Assembly: GCA_046583315.1 (NCBI GenBank)
Contig: JAYGCN010000288.1
Span: 1-64,000, forward strand
Length of the DNA: 64,000 nucleotides
Direction: 5' to 3'
Source of the DNA: Candidatus Hydrogenedentota bacterium
GTDB lineage: Bacteria; Hydrogenedentota; Hydrogenedentia; Hydrogenedentales; GCA-2746185
Shown: positions 48,722-59,500 of the stretch, in pieces
Numbering within the stretch: the stretch's first letter is position 1
Layout of the letters: each line of letters opens with the position of its first letter
Translations under genes and position numbers: made by a program
Notes under the pieces: model-generated
What the model saw: the letters and a program-made list of their open reading frames with translations, nothing else
Told to the model about the DNA's origin: nothing
Database searches by the model: none

Positions 48722-49201
48722 CTAAGTAATTTGCGATGCTGAATGCTGAATTGATTTGATGAGTTCGGAATTCTTCGTGTTGATGCGGTTGGCGTTTTCA
48801 AGATGCGAACTGAGTACGTGAATGATGTTCAGCAGCAACCGTACCGCGACCTGCGATTTCAGAATCCGGTTGATGTCTTTTTCGTAGAGCGTAAAGAGTT
48901 TACAATCTGACGCGGCCTCAGCACTGGCGCAGTGGGGACGATGATTGAGCGCGGACATTTCCCCGAACGCATCGCCGGGTCGGCACTTGGCGATCACCGT
49001 TCCGTCGATCGAGATGTCGACCATGCCGTGCAGCACAATAAAAATGTTTGCTCCCATCTGTCCCTGAAAGAAAATGGAGTCCCCTGCTCGATATTCGAGC
49101 TTGCTGCCCTGGTGTAGAATTTCGGAAACATCATCTGGATCCAAGCCGTTGAAAAGTTTTATCTTTCGTGCATACTCCTGGTACCTTCTCGCGTCTCCCA
49201 T
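48722..49201 (-). CDS. Stand-alone cyclic nucleotide-binding domain protein
   Basis: LFNGL, GDSIFFQG, GDAFGEMS and ASAEA motifs; too short to carry a Crp HTH. Confidence 0.85.
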   Translation of the reverse strand: MGDARRYQEYARKIKLFNGLDPDDVSEILHQGSKLEYRAGDSIFFQGQMGANIFIVLHGMVDISIDGTVIAKCRPGDAFGEMSALNHRPHCASAEAASDCKLFTLYEKDINRILKSQVAVRLLLNIIHVLSSHLENANRINTKNSELIKSIQHSASQIT

Positions 49202-49416
49202 ACTGCACCGCCTTTCAATTCTATTACGACAGTTTATAGATTAATGCTACTCCTCTTTTGTGCGATATGTAAACTTATTTTTGCACACACTGAGATGGAT
49301 TGGAGCGGGTGTTCAGTAACTGAACATTCTAGATCGCTACTCAATGAGACTGCGATTCGGCGGGAAAAGTTACAGGAGTATTCGGGGCGTGTGACAAAAT
49401 TATCAGTAAAAGGCTA

Positions 49417-50673
49417 TTACGGTAATTCGCGGCGGGTTTCACCGGTGTATATTTGGCGTGGGCGATGAATGCGTCCGCCGTCGTTGCGCATTTCGAGCCA
49501 ATGCGCTATCCATCCGGGCATGCGTCCGATGGTGAAGAGCACGGTAAACATGTTTACGGGAATGCCCATGGCGCGGTAGATGATGCCGCTGTAGAAGTCG
49601 ACGTTTGGATAGAGGTTGCGCTTCACGAAATAGTCGTCTTCGAGCGCTATTTTCTCGAGGTTTTTGGCAATATCGAGCAAGGGGTCGGTCACACCGAGTT
49701 CGGCGAGCACTTTGTCACAGGCTTCCTTAAGAATGGTTGCACGGGGGTCGAAGTTTTTGTAGACCCGATGGCCGAATCCCATGAGTCGAAAACCGGAATC
49801 CTTATCTTTGGCCATTTCCATGTATTTCGCATAGTCGCCGCCGTCGTCCTGTATATCTTGCAACATTTCGATGACTGCCTGATTGGCACCGCCGTGGAGG
49901 GGACCCCAGAGTGCGGACATGCCTGCGGCCATTGAGGCGAATAAACAGGCTTGACTGCTACCGACCATGCGCACGGTTGAGGTGGAGCAGTTCTGTTCAT
50001 GGTCGGCGTGTACGATCATAAGCATGTTCAGGGCATGTTCGAGTACTTCGGGGACTTGGTAGGAGCCATCTGTGTTGCCAAACATGCCGTTGATAAAGTT
50101 AGCGCAATAGCTTAGGTTCGCGTCAGGCGCGACAGGGGCTTCGCCTTGTGAGTGTTTATGGAACGCCGTTGCAATGGTCTGAATATGACCGATAATTCGT
50201 TGTACGTTGGTGTCGATGGATTCGTCGTTATCATAGTCTTCGTAGACGGAGGACATCGCTGCGGCCATTGAGCTGACGACGCTCATGGGGTGGGCGTTCT
50301 TGGGGAATTTGGTGATAAGTTCGGCCAAGGCATCTGGCAATTCACTGTGCGCGGCGATTCCGGCTTCGAATTCGGCGAGCTGGTCCGCGTCGGGCAGATT
50401 GCCGTGGATGAGCAGATAGGAGACGGCGGAGAATGTAACACCATTCGCGAGATCGGCAATGGGATATCCGCGATGCTGGAGGATTCCTTCTTCCCCGTTG
50501 ATAAACGTGATAGAGGATGTGCATGAACCGGTGTTCCCGTATCCCGGATCGAAGGTGATTGCTTTGGATTGGTTTCGCAATGAGCCGATGTCGATTCCGA
50601 CTTCGCCTTCGGTGCCTGTAAATGTAGGTAATGTGTATTCTTGACCTTCAACAACGAGTTTCGCGTCGCTCAT
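49417..50673 (-). CDS. gltA: Citrate synthase (type II)
   Basis: HADHEQNCST, GPLHGGAN, GFGHRVYKNFDPRA and YPNVDFYSG motifs. Confidence 0.98.
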   Translation of the reverse strand: MSDAKLVVEGQEYTLPTFTGTEGEVGIDIGSLRNQSKAITFDPGYGNTGSCTSSITFINGEEGILQHRGYPIADLANGVTFSAVSYLLIHGNLPDADQLAEFEAGIAAHSELPDALAELITKFPKNAHPMSVVSSMAAAMSSVYEDYDNDESIDTNVQRIIGHIQTIATAFHKHSQGEAPVAPDANLSYCANFINGMFGNTDGSYQVPEVLEHALNMLMIVHADHEQNCSTSTVRMVGSSQACLFASMAAGMSALWGPLHGGANQAVIEMLQDIQDDGGDYAKYMEMAKDKDSGFRLMGFGHRVYKNFDPRATILKEACDKVLAELGVTDPLLDIAKNLEKIALEDDYFVKRNLYPNVDFYSGIIYRAMGIPVNMFTVLFTIGRMPGWIAHWLEMRNDGGRIHRPRQIYTGETRRELP

Positions 50674-50847
50674 AACAGAATGGTTCCAATCTATCGCAGA
50701 GTATAAGGGTAAATAAACAAACGAGTTATAGTAATTCGAGCTGTCCGGCCTGTGATGCCTTTGCGCAGATTTCGGCCTTGACCCGCAGTCGGAAGCACGT
50801 TAAAAGTACACTATTTGCATCGATTGGTTCAAGGAATCGCTCGCGTA

Positions 50848-50903
50848 CCGGGTGTAGTCGAATTGAGCGTGGGCATGGTCGGAACCGACGCATCCTATTT
50901 TTT
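50848..50903 (+). ncRNA. Candidate nhaA-I (Li+-I) riboswitch-like leader with overlapping terminator
   Basis: GGGTGT-N-GTGGGCATGGTCGG-AA-CCGAC upstream of nhaA, followed by GCATCC and TATTTTTT; similarity to the motif is from recall, no covariance search run. Confidence 0.4.
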
Positions 50904-51037
50904 GAAATATGATTCGGAGGGTGGATAATTCAGAAGGCGTGTGCTACCATTTGGAATCGCCTGTAGTTTGCTCGTTTTACGCATTTATGGTGCGCCGATG
51001 GTGGTGATCGGGGAGAAATGATGGAGATTTTACTCGT

Positions 51038-52528
51038 ATGGGTGTAGATGACGATAAGGATACGCCTGGAAGTGAGCCGGAATCGACGCCGCGAGAGTCT
51101 GCGCTGTTGAAGCAACGAAGTCTGGGGCCAGGCTTGCATGATGTTCCGGAGCTTGGCTACAAATCGTCTTTCAAGCGATTCCTGCATCACGATATGGTCG
51201 GTTCTGTATTTTTGCTGCTCGCGGCCGCCGCCGCAGTGATCATCGCGAATTCTCCTTTCGCTGATCAGTATCATGAATTTTGGGAATACGAGTTCGGCTT
51301 GGCGTTAGGGGACGATGGCGGCTTCAAGAAGACGATGCATCACTGGGTGAACGATGGCCTGATGGCAATATTTTTCTTTCTGGTTGGTCTTGAAATCAAG
51401 CGTGAGTTACTTGCCGGCGAGTTGCATTCGGTGCGCAAAGCATTGTTGCCCGCCGCTGCGGCGGTGGGTGGCATGATTGTTCCTGCACTTTTGTTCATGA
51501 TGTTGAATCGGGGCGAGGCCAGCGGTGTCGGTTGGGGTATTCCGATGGCGACGGATATTGCCTTCGCTGCGGGTTGTGTTGCGCTGCTGAAAAAGTGGGT
51601 ACCCACATCGCTCATGGTTTTCCTGGTCGCCTTGGCCATTGTTGATGACTTGGGTGCGGTAACGGTAATCGCGTTATTTTATACGGACCAGATTGCCTTC
51701 GGCCCTCTCGTGGTTGGCGGAAGTCTGATCGTACTCTCGTTTTGCCTGGGACAATTGGGTGTTCGCACCACGTTTCCCTACGTGATAATTGGGATTATCG
51801 TCTGGTTCGCGTTTTTGCAATCGGGCGTTCATGCGACAATCGCCGGTGTTCTGTTTGCGTTTACCATCCCGGAAAAAGCCCGTTATCATACGCACAATTT
51901 TCATGGTCGCGTAACAGAGTTATTGTCTCGATTTGATCATGCAGAGAAGTTATGGGACGATGATCTGAATGTGGTTGAGAGCGATATCAAGGATTTGATG
52001 GTGAACAACCAGCAGCAACATCTGATTCGAGAGATGCACCAGGAATGTGGTTATGTGGAGTCGCCCTTGCAACGCATTGAGCATAATATTGAACCCTTCT
52101 GCGTATTTATCATCATGCCCATCTTCGCGTTTGCGAATGCTGGAGTGCATCTGGAACTGGATCATTTTGGCGAAATGATGACGCATCCGCTTACACTGGG
52201 AATCTTGTTAGGGCTGGTTATCGGAAAACCACTGGGCATTTTCCTGGCCTGCTTTATTACTGTAAAGCTGGGACTGGCTGCCTTGCCACGCGGTGTGACC
52301 TGGCCGCAGTTGTTGAGCGTAAGTTGCTTGGCGGGCATCGGCTTTACGATGTCGCTATTTGTCAATGAGCTCGCCTTTATGGGCGTTGAGGGGGAACTGC
52401 GCGAGGAGCTGATCGCGTCCGGCAAGATAGGCATCTTCCTGGCCAGCATAATTGCGGCTGTTGTGGGATTGGTCGCCTTGAGGCTCACGTGCCGCACGCC
52501 GCAAAATGTCTCGGGCGGGCATCATTAG
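51038..52528 (+). CDS. nhaA: Na+/H+ antiporter NhaA
   Basis: WVNDGLMAIFFFLVGLEIKRE, GWGIPMATDIAF, LAIVDDLG and GIGFTMSLF motifs. Confidence 0.97.
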   Translation: MGVDDDKDTPGSEPESTPRESALLKQRSLGPGLHDVPELGYKSSFKRFLHHDMVGSVFLLLAAAAAVIIANSPFADQYHEFWEYEFGLALGDDGGFKKTMHHWVNDGLMAIFFFLVGLEIKRELLAGELHSVRKALLPAAAAVGGMIVPALLFMMLNRGEASGVGWGIPMATDIAFAAGCVALLKKWVPTSLMVFLVALAIVDDLGAVTVIALFYTDQIAFGPLVVGGSLIVLSFCLGQLGVRTTFPYVIIGIIVWFAFLQSGVHATIAGVLFAFTIPEKARYHTHNFHGRVTELLSRFDHAEKLWDDDLNVVESDIKDLMVNNQQQHLIREMHQECGYVESPLQRIEHNIEPFCVFIIMPIFAFANAGVHLELDHFGEMMTHPLTLGILLGLVIGKPLGIFLACFITVKLGLAALPRGVTWPQLLSVSCLAGIGFTMSLFVNELAFMGVEGELREELIASGKIGIFLASIIAAVVGLVALRLTCRTPQNVSGGHH

Positions 52529-52642
52529 GCACCCTTTCCAGTAGATTTTTCTTTCGGCCTGCACATTGAATATCCCCGTATCATTCAGTAAGGTATATCC
52601 TTATTGATATTCATGCCACCCTTTTTGCAGGAGATAGAGATC

Positions 52643-54253
52643 ATGGGTTCGTTTGACGAAGTGTACAAGAGTTTTTTGACGCCATTGAGTTTCATTCGCC
52701 GGAGCGCGGCGGTGTATCCGGATAAGGTGGCCATTGTTCATGGCGATCAGCGCATTACCTATCATGAATATGGCGAACGCGTGAATCGGCTTGCGTCTGC
52801 GCTCAAGGCCAACGGTCTGAAGAAAGGCGATCGTGTAGCATTCCTCTGTCCGAATATTCCGCAGATGCTGGAGGCGCATTTCGGGGTATTGCTGGCGGGT
52901 GGAGTCCTGGTTGCGATTAATACGCGGTTGTCTCCGGGGGAAATCGAATATATTTTGAATCATTCTGGAGCATCATTCCTGTTCGCGGACACGGAACTGG
53001 GCGACGGAATTCGTGGGGTGCATAGCGGATTGGAAACGGTCACGCAAACGATCAATATCGTTGATGCTGAAGGATTCGAACAATTGCCGGGTACGGACTA
53101 CGAAACCTTTCTGACGCAAGGCAGCCGGGATGAACTCGAGTGGGTCATTGAAGACGAGGACGAAACGATTACGATTAACTATACCTCGGGCACGACCGGA
53201 CGTCCGAAGGGTGTTGTGTTCTCGCATCGGGGTGCCTATCTGAACGCGATCAACGAAGCTTTTGAAACCCACATGACCGCGGACTCAAAATACCTGTGGA
53301 CGTTGCCGATGTTTCATTGCAATGGCTGGTGTTTTACCTGGGGCGTAACGGCAATTGGCGCCACGCACGTGTGCCTGCGCAAATTTGAACCCGCAGATGT
53401 ATGGCCGCTCGTCGATAAAGAACGGGTGACTCATTTCAATGGCGCGCCAGTTGTGTTGATAGCGCTGCTGAATGACCCGGGACGTCCAGAAAAGCTGGAT
53501 CGACCGATCACGATTACCACCGCAGGCGCACCGCCGTCGCCGACGCTGATTGAAGACATGCAGGCCATCGGTGCTGAAATCATACACGTGTACGGGTTGA
53601 CGGAGACTTATGGTCCGACCACGATCTGCGCACCGCAACCGGATTGGTCATCGCGGTCATCCGAGGAACAAGGCAAGTTGCTGGCGCGTCAAGGCGTCGC
53701 CTTTGCGATGTCAGATCCCATTCGTGTGGTGGATGACGACATGAACGATGTGCCGAAAGACGGGAAGACGCTCGGCGAGGTGGTCATGGTCGGTAATATG
53801 GTCATGAAAGGCTATTACGACGACCCGGAAGCAACCGAGACGGCTTTCCGGGGAGGGCATTTCCATTCGGGTGACGTGGCCGTATGGCATCCTGATGGAT
53901 ATATTGAACTGAAGGATCGTTCGAAGGACGTGATTATTTCGGGCGGAGAGAATATCTCGTCGATTGAAGTGGAACAGGTGATTTATCGCCATTCCAAAGT
54001 GCTGGAATGCGCCGTAGTGGGTGCGCCGCATGATAAATGGGGCGAAACTCCCGTGGCGTTCGTGACCTTGAAGCCGGGCGAGTCCGCCACGGAAAAAGAG
54101 ATCATCGACTTTTGTCGCGACAACATCGCGCACTTCAAATGCCCGACTTCCGTGGATTTCATCGATCTCCCGAAAACGAGCACGGGGAAAATCCAAAAGT
54201 TCGTGTTACGTGATCAGGTATGGGGCGGCGCGGATAAGAAGATACAAGGTTAG
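52643..54253 (+). CDS. Acyl-CoA synthetase / fatty-acid-CoA ligase
   Basis: YTSGTTGRPKG, PMFHCNGW, YGLTETYGP, FHSGD and PKTSTGKIQK motifs. Confidence 0.92.
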   Translation: MGSFDEVYKSFLTPLSFIRRSAAVYPDKVAIVHGDQRITYHEYGERVNRLASALKANGLKKGDRVAFLCPNIPQMLEAHFGVLLAGGVLVAINTRLSPGEIEYILNHSGASFLFADTELGDGIRGVHSGLETVTQTINIVDAEGFEQLPGTDYETFLTQGSRDELEWVIEDEDETITINYTSGTTGRPKGVVFSHRGAYLNAINEAFETHMTADSKYLWTLPMFHCNGWCFTWGVTAIGATHVCLRKFEPADVWPLVDKERVTHFNGAPVVLIALLNDPGRPEKLDRPITITTAGAPPSPTLIEDMQAIGAEIIHVYGLTETYGPTTICAPQPDWSSRSSEEQGKLLARQGVAFAMSDPIRVVDDDMNDVPKDGKTLGEVVMVGNMVMKGYYDDPEATETAFRGGHFHSGDVAVWHPDGYIELKDRSKDVIISGGENISSIEVEQVIYRHSKVLECAVVGAPHDKWGETPVAFVTLKPGESATEKEIIDFCRDNIAHFKCPTSVDFIDLPKTSTGKIQKFVLRDQVWGGADKKIQG

Positions 54254-54322
54254 TTACTTTCTCTCTACCGTCCGGCAGGACCTTTTAGGAAAAAGAAGAA
54301 AGTAAGCAAAGAAGGAAACCGA
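54254..54322 (+). repeat. Degenerate hairpin plus mirror repeat, copy 3
   Basis: TTACTTTCT (54254-54262) pairs with AGAAAGTAA (54297-54305), then GC-AAAGAAG mirror and CCGA tail. Confidence 0.6.
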
Positions 54323-54345
54323 CGGATGCATTGCATCCTCATGGG

Positions 54346-56493
54346 ATGAGATACGTGGGGCAGAGTCCGCATGACATACTCCGATCCATTTTCGGCTATG
54401 ATTCCTTCCGGGGGGATCAGGAGGCGATTGTTGAGCAGGTGCTGGTTGGGGGGAATGCCTTTGTTTTGATGCCGACGGGTGGCGGGAAGTCGTTGTGTTA
54501 TCAGATTCCGGCGATTTGTCGTGAGGGCGTGGGCATTGTGGTGTCGCCGTTGATTGCCTTGATGCAGGATCAGGTGACCGCGCTGGAACAGGCGGGCGTG
54601 CATGCGGCGGCGTTGAATTCGACGTGTTCGGAGGAGCAGGTTCGCGAGGTGAAACGACGCCTTCGCGCGCGTGAGCTGGACCTGTTGTATGTCGCGCCGG
54701 AACGTCTCGCGACGCAACCCCTGGATCAGATGGTGCAGGGCTGTCCGGTCGCGGTGATCGCGATTGATGAGGCGCATTGCGTATCGCAGTGGGGATATGA
54801 TTTTCGGCCGTCGTATCAGCAGTTGAGTATTCTGCGCGAGGAATATCCGAATGTTCCGTTTATCGCGTTGACGGCGACGGCGGACGAGTTGACACGCGCG
54901 GACATCGTTAAACAATTTCGACTGACCGGACCGCAGGACAAGACCTTTATCGCCGGATTCGATCGTCCGAACATTCGGTACGCAATATCGCCGAAAGACA
55001 GACCCAATCAGCAGTTGCTGGAATTCATAAAAAGCGATTACGCGAACTCCGCGGGCATTGTGTATTGCATGTCGCGCAAAAAGGTGGAGACGGTTGCGCT
55101 GATGTTGCTCGACAAGGGATTCAACGCTTTGCCCTATCATGCCGGACTCGATGCGGATGTGCGCGAGAACAATCAGAATCGATTTTTACGCGAAGACGGT
55201 ATCATTATGGTAGCCACAGTCGCATTTGGTATGGGTATCGACAAGCCGGACGTGCGGTTTGTGTTTCACATGGACCTGCCGAAGAGTATTGAGGCGTATT
55301 ATCAGGAAACGGGACGTGCGGGGCGCGATGGGGAGCCGTCGGACGCGTACATGGTTTATGAAACCAGGGACATCGTGCGTATTCGGGGTTTCGTGACGGA
55401 TTCGGATGCTCCACCTGAACAAAAGCAGATCGAAATGCAGCGCATCAACGAATTGGTGGCGCTGTGTGAATCGGCGACTTGTCGACGTCAGACCGTATTG
55501 CGATACTTTGGCGAAGACGCGGAATCGTGCGGGAATTGCGACATCTGTTTGGATCCACCCGAGACCTTTGACGGACTCATTGCCGCGCAGAAGTTGTTGT
55601 CCTGCGTGCATCGGATTCGGGAGGGCTTCGCGCTGGGCCACGTCATCGATATTTTGATGGGCAATCGAACGCCGCTGGTCAATACGTGGAATCATGACCA
55701 GCTGCCGACTTTTGGCGTAGGGAGTGAATTGTCGCAAGACGAATGGAAAGAAGTAGGGCGTCAGATGATATCCGGCGGCATGCTGGAGATGGATACTCCC
55801 GAAAACTTCAGCAAACTCAGCCTGGGTGCCGAGTCAAAGTCCGTGCTCAAAGGCGATGCCGATGTAAAATTCACAAAGCGACCCAAGGTACAACGCAAAA
55901 CGCAGGGGAGATCATCCGCTTCCAGGAAAGCCACCGCCGATCTCAGTGCGCCGCAGTTGGAGGTGTTTGAGCAGCTGCGTGCGAAACGTGCTTCCCTGGC
56001 GGCTGAGCAAGATGTGCCTGCCTATTTTGTGTTCTCTGACAAGTCGCTGGTGGACATGGTGATGAAAATGCCACAGTCGATGGGGGAGATGTCGAGTATT
56101 TCCGGAGTCGGTGCCGCGAAACTGAAGCGATACGGGGAGGTTTTTCTCGGCGTATTGAATGGGGAAACCGATGGTGAGCTGAGATATGTATCGGATGATG
56201 TTGGGGAGATGCCGGAGGCAAAAGTACAGTCGGATAAGCCATCACCGAATCGTCGCGGCAAACGTTGGACGGATGAAGAGGACGAGGAGCTGATCTCGCA
56301 GATTTGTGCGGACATGCCATTGACCGAGATCGGGAAATTGCACGGTCGAACAATAGGGGGCATTGCGTCGCGCGTGCCGATACTGTGCGAGAAACGGTTT
56401 GGCCAAAAAATCTTCCGCGATGACCTCGCGGAACTAATCGCCGAACAATCGTTGGGCGCGTATGTGCGGAGCCTCTCCAAGATATCCGGGTAG
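54346..56493 (+). CDS. recQ: ATP-dependent DNA helicase RecQ with an extra C-terminal domain
   Basis: MPTGGGKSLCYQ, DEAHCVSQWG, YYQETGRAGRDG, Zn site CRR...CGNCDIC, RQC and HRDC domains; start could be 54346 or 54355. Confidence 0.96.
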   Translation: MRYVGQSPHDILRSIFGYDSFRGDQEAIVEQVLVGGNAFVLMPTGGGKSLCYQIPAICREGVGIVVSPLIALMQDQVTALEQAGVHAAALNSTCSEEQVREVKRRLRARELDLLYVAPERLATQPLDQMVQGCPVAVIAIDEAHCVSQWGYDFRPSYQQLSILREEYPNVPFIALTATADELTRADIVKQFRLTGPQDKTFIAGFDRPNIRYAISPKDRPNQQLLEFIKSDYANSAGIVYCMSRKKVETVALMLLDKGFNALPYHAGLDADVRENNQNRFLREDGIIMVATVAFGMGIDKPDVRFVFHMDLPKSIEAYYQETGRAGRDGEPSDAYMVYETRDIVRIRGFVTDSDAPPEQKQIEMQRINELVALCESATCRRQTVLRYFGEDAESCGNCDICLDPPETFDGLIAAQKLLSCVHRIREGFALGHVIDILMGNRTPLVNTWNHDQLPTFGVGSELSQDEWKEVGRQMISGGMLEMDTPENFSKLSLGAESKSVLKGDADVKFTKRPKVQRKTQGRSSASRKATADLSAPQLEVFEQLRAKRASLAAEQDVPAYFVFSDKSLVDMVMKMPQSMGEMSSISGVGAAKLKRYGEVFLGVLNGETDGELRYVSDDVGEMPEAKVQSDKPSPNRRGKRWTDEEDEELISQICADMPLTEIGKLHGRTIGGIASRVPILCEKRFGQKIFRDDLAELIAEQSLGAYVRSLSKISG

Positions 56494-56524
56494 TAGACTT
56501 TTCCTCTGCGCTAAATCTTGGTAC

Positions 56525-59500
56525 TTACTCCACCCGCATCGGCTTCGGTCCGCGCAAATCGCCGGTTGGTTTCAGGTCGGGTTTGGGTCGATTGGTGAAT
56601 TTTTCGTGACTGCGTTCGTGCAGGCTGTCTAGGGTGACGGGTTTTCCGGCGATGAACATGCCCACGGTGCGTGTGCCGGCTTGTGTGGGGTCGCCAGTGG
56701 TGATGATGACGTCGGCGATTTTTCCGGATTCGAGCGAGCCAACGGAGTCTTCGAGGCCGAGAATTTTTGCGGCGTTGATGGTGATGGATTCAAGTGCGGC
56801 CTGTTGCGTCATTCCTTGGGCTACGGCGAAGCCTGCGTTGCTTGCAAGTTGTCGTGCGAATTCGGTCCCCGTAGAAGCGGTTGCGACGAGCACGCCTGCT
56901 TCGTGAAGTTTTCCCGGGTTTTCATAGTGGGCATCGAAACGTTCGTAGGAATCCCCACCTCCAAAGGAGGAAAACGGCAAGGTGTAAATCGACGTGACGA
57001 TGACGGGAACGTTTTTCTCTGCGAGCGTGTCCGCTAGTTTCCAGGCATCGGCTCCGCCAAGGATGACGGCCTTCAGGTTGTAGGTTTCGGCGAATTTGAG
57101 CGATTGCAGGATCTTTTTGTAGGATTGTGCACGGAAAAATACCGTTTTCGTACCGGTTACGTACGGACGCATCGCTTCGAGACGCATGTTGATTTTCATA
57201 TTCGGAGTGCTACTGCGCAGATCGTTGTAATGTTTCGCATCGCGCATGAAGGCCTCGGTTTTTTCGAAGGATTCCTGATGTTTTTCCAGGCGTTTCTTGT
57301 ACTTTTCTTCGTCGTCGATGTTTTCCTTATTGGGCAACACCGGAAGATCGATCACGAGTCCCGTTTCGTTGCTACGAAGTAACTCGGGAGTCGTCCAACC
57401 GACCATCTGGATGGCGCTACCTTGTCCGGAGATGATGCCGCCACGCGGTACGGAGTGGGAGAGGGTTATGCCTTCGCAGAGGGACACGGGGATGTGTTCG
57501 CTGTGCGGGTTGATGGCGGAAAGCGCGCGTAGTTCGGGTTGGTATGTTGCCAGGTCGCGGGAGTCAACCGTTTGGGACAATCCTGAAATTTCGGAGAGAC
57601 CCATTTGCGTTGCGGCGTTGATGAGGCCGGGATAGACGTGCAGTCCGGATGCATCGACAATGGAAGCACCAGCGGGTCGCGAGTCACTGGCAAGCACGTC
57701 AACGATTTTCCCGTCGCGTATAAGCAGCGTGCCGTTTTCGACGGTGTCTCCGGTAACGGGATGAATCGTCGCGCCAACAATCGCGTAGGTGGATGAGGGT
57801 TCGGGCAGGGGCAAGAGATCGCGCGGCGGCTCTGGAATGAAGGTGGATGCTGGGCCCGGCGTCGAACCGTCGAGTTTCAGATCGGGATGTACGAAGAAGA
57901 TGTCTCCTTCGATGATGGTCATCATGTTTTTGGAATGAGTGTCTAGCGGATGTCCGGTGAACACGGCGAGGTCGCCATCTTTTCCGACTTCGATGCTGCC
58001 GATACGAGAATCGAGACCAATCTGAATCGCGGGATTGATCGTGATGAGTTTGATCGCATCTTCAGCAGAGAGGCCACCGTAGCGCATCGTTTTGCCCGCT
58101 TCCAGATTCAGATGTCGAATGTCGTCGGACGAATCCGAGTTGAGACTGGTCACGATGCCTTCTTTCATCATCATCGCGGCATTGTAGGGAATCGCGTCGA
58201 AGGCTTCTTTCTTGTAGGACCACCAATCGGCAAAAGTAGAGCCGCCCACACCGTGGTTGTACATTTCCGGGGCGACGCGATAGCCTTCCAGCACGTGTTG
58301 AAGCGTGGCGATTCGGAATCCGTAATCCTGGGCGACATTCAAGAGCCGCAGCATCTCGTCGCCGCGGTAACAATGCGAATGCACCCAGATGTTGCCCGCG
58401 AGAATGTCGGAGATAGCATCCAGGCGGAGATCGCGCCGGGGAATGCCGAGTATTTTACCTTGGCTGAATCCTTCTTCGTAGGCCGCCCACTCTGCGTTGT
58501 ATTTGATGGCCTCGTTGAAGGCGTGGCGGAATACCGATTCGACACCCATGCGGCTGTTGGGGAAGCGGGGGATGGGTCTACCGCGAGTAACGTTCTCGCC
58601 GAGCGCGAATTTCACGATGCGCGGGCCGCTGGTGACCAGCATGTCGCGGGGGGACGTCATGTATTTGAGTTTGAGCACGGCATTTTGACCGCCCATGGAG
58701 TTTGCTGAGCCGTGCATCGTGTGAATCGTTGTCACGCCGCCAGCCAGTGCGTTGTAGATGGACAGGGCTGTATGATCGACGACATCGGCCTGGCGTACTT
58801 CGCTGGATATGGATTGCGTCCACTCGTTGATTCCGGTCACCGCGATGTGGGAATGCGGGTCGATGATGCCGGGCATGATCCAATAGCCAGTCAAATCGAT
58901 CATTGTAACCCCGTCGCGTACAGCTCTTGGAAGGATATCCGTACCGATTGCACGAATTTTTCCGTTGCGAATCAGGATATCCGTGTCGTATTGAATGGGG
59001 CCTGTGACCGGAACGACGGTTGCATTCTGAAGCAGGATGTTTCTATTCGTCTGAAGTTCTATCTTTCGATCCGAGGCGAATTCGGCGCTCCATGAATGCA
59101 CATCGACAGCTTCGGTGTCCTCGGACTCTTCGTCTTCACCTTCTTCATCCGCCTTTTCGTCGTCGGATTCGTCATCTTCTTTGTCGCCATTGGTTTGGAA
59201 CGTGAACTGTTCTCCGTCTATGAATACGTGGCGCACCTGGCTATCTTCTTCGCCGAGGGGGGCCGTGAGCAGCGTGATATTGGCCAGTTTCCCGGGGGTC
59301 AAGGTGCCGATCTGGTCGTCGAGCCCCAGAATGCGCGCCGGGGTGCGGGTGAGGGCTTCGAGAAGCTCCTTGGGGCTCAATTCTAGTTCCAGGGCTTTTT
59401 CGATCTGCTCCATCAGCTTGTCCGGTTTCTTCTGATCACGGCCGGTGATGGCGACTTGAACGCCGGCGGCTTGCAAGGCGTGCAGATTATTGACCTGCTC

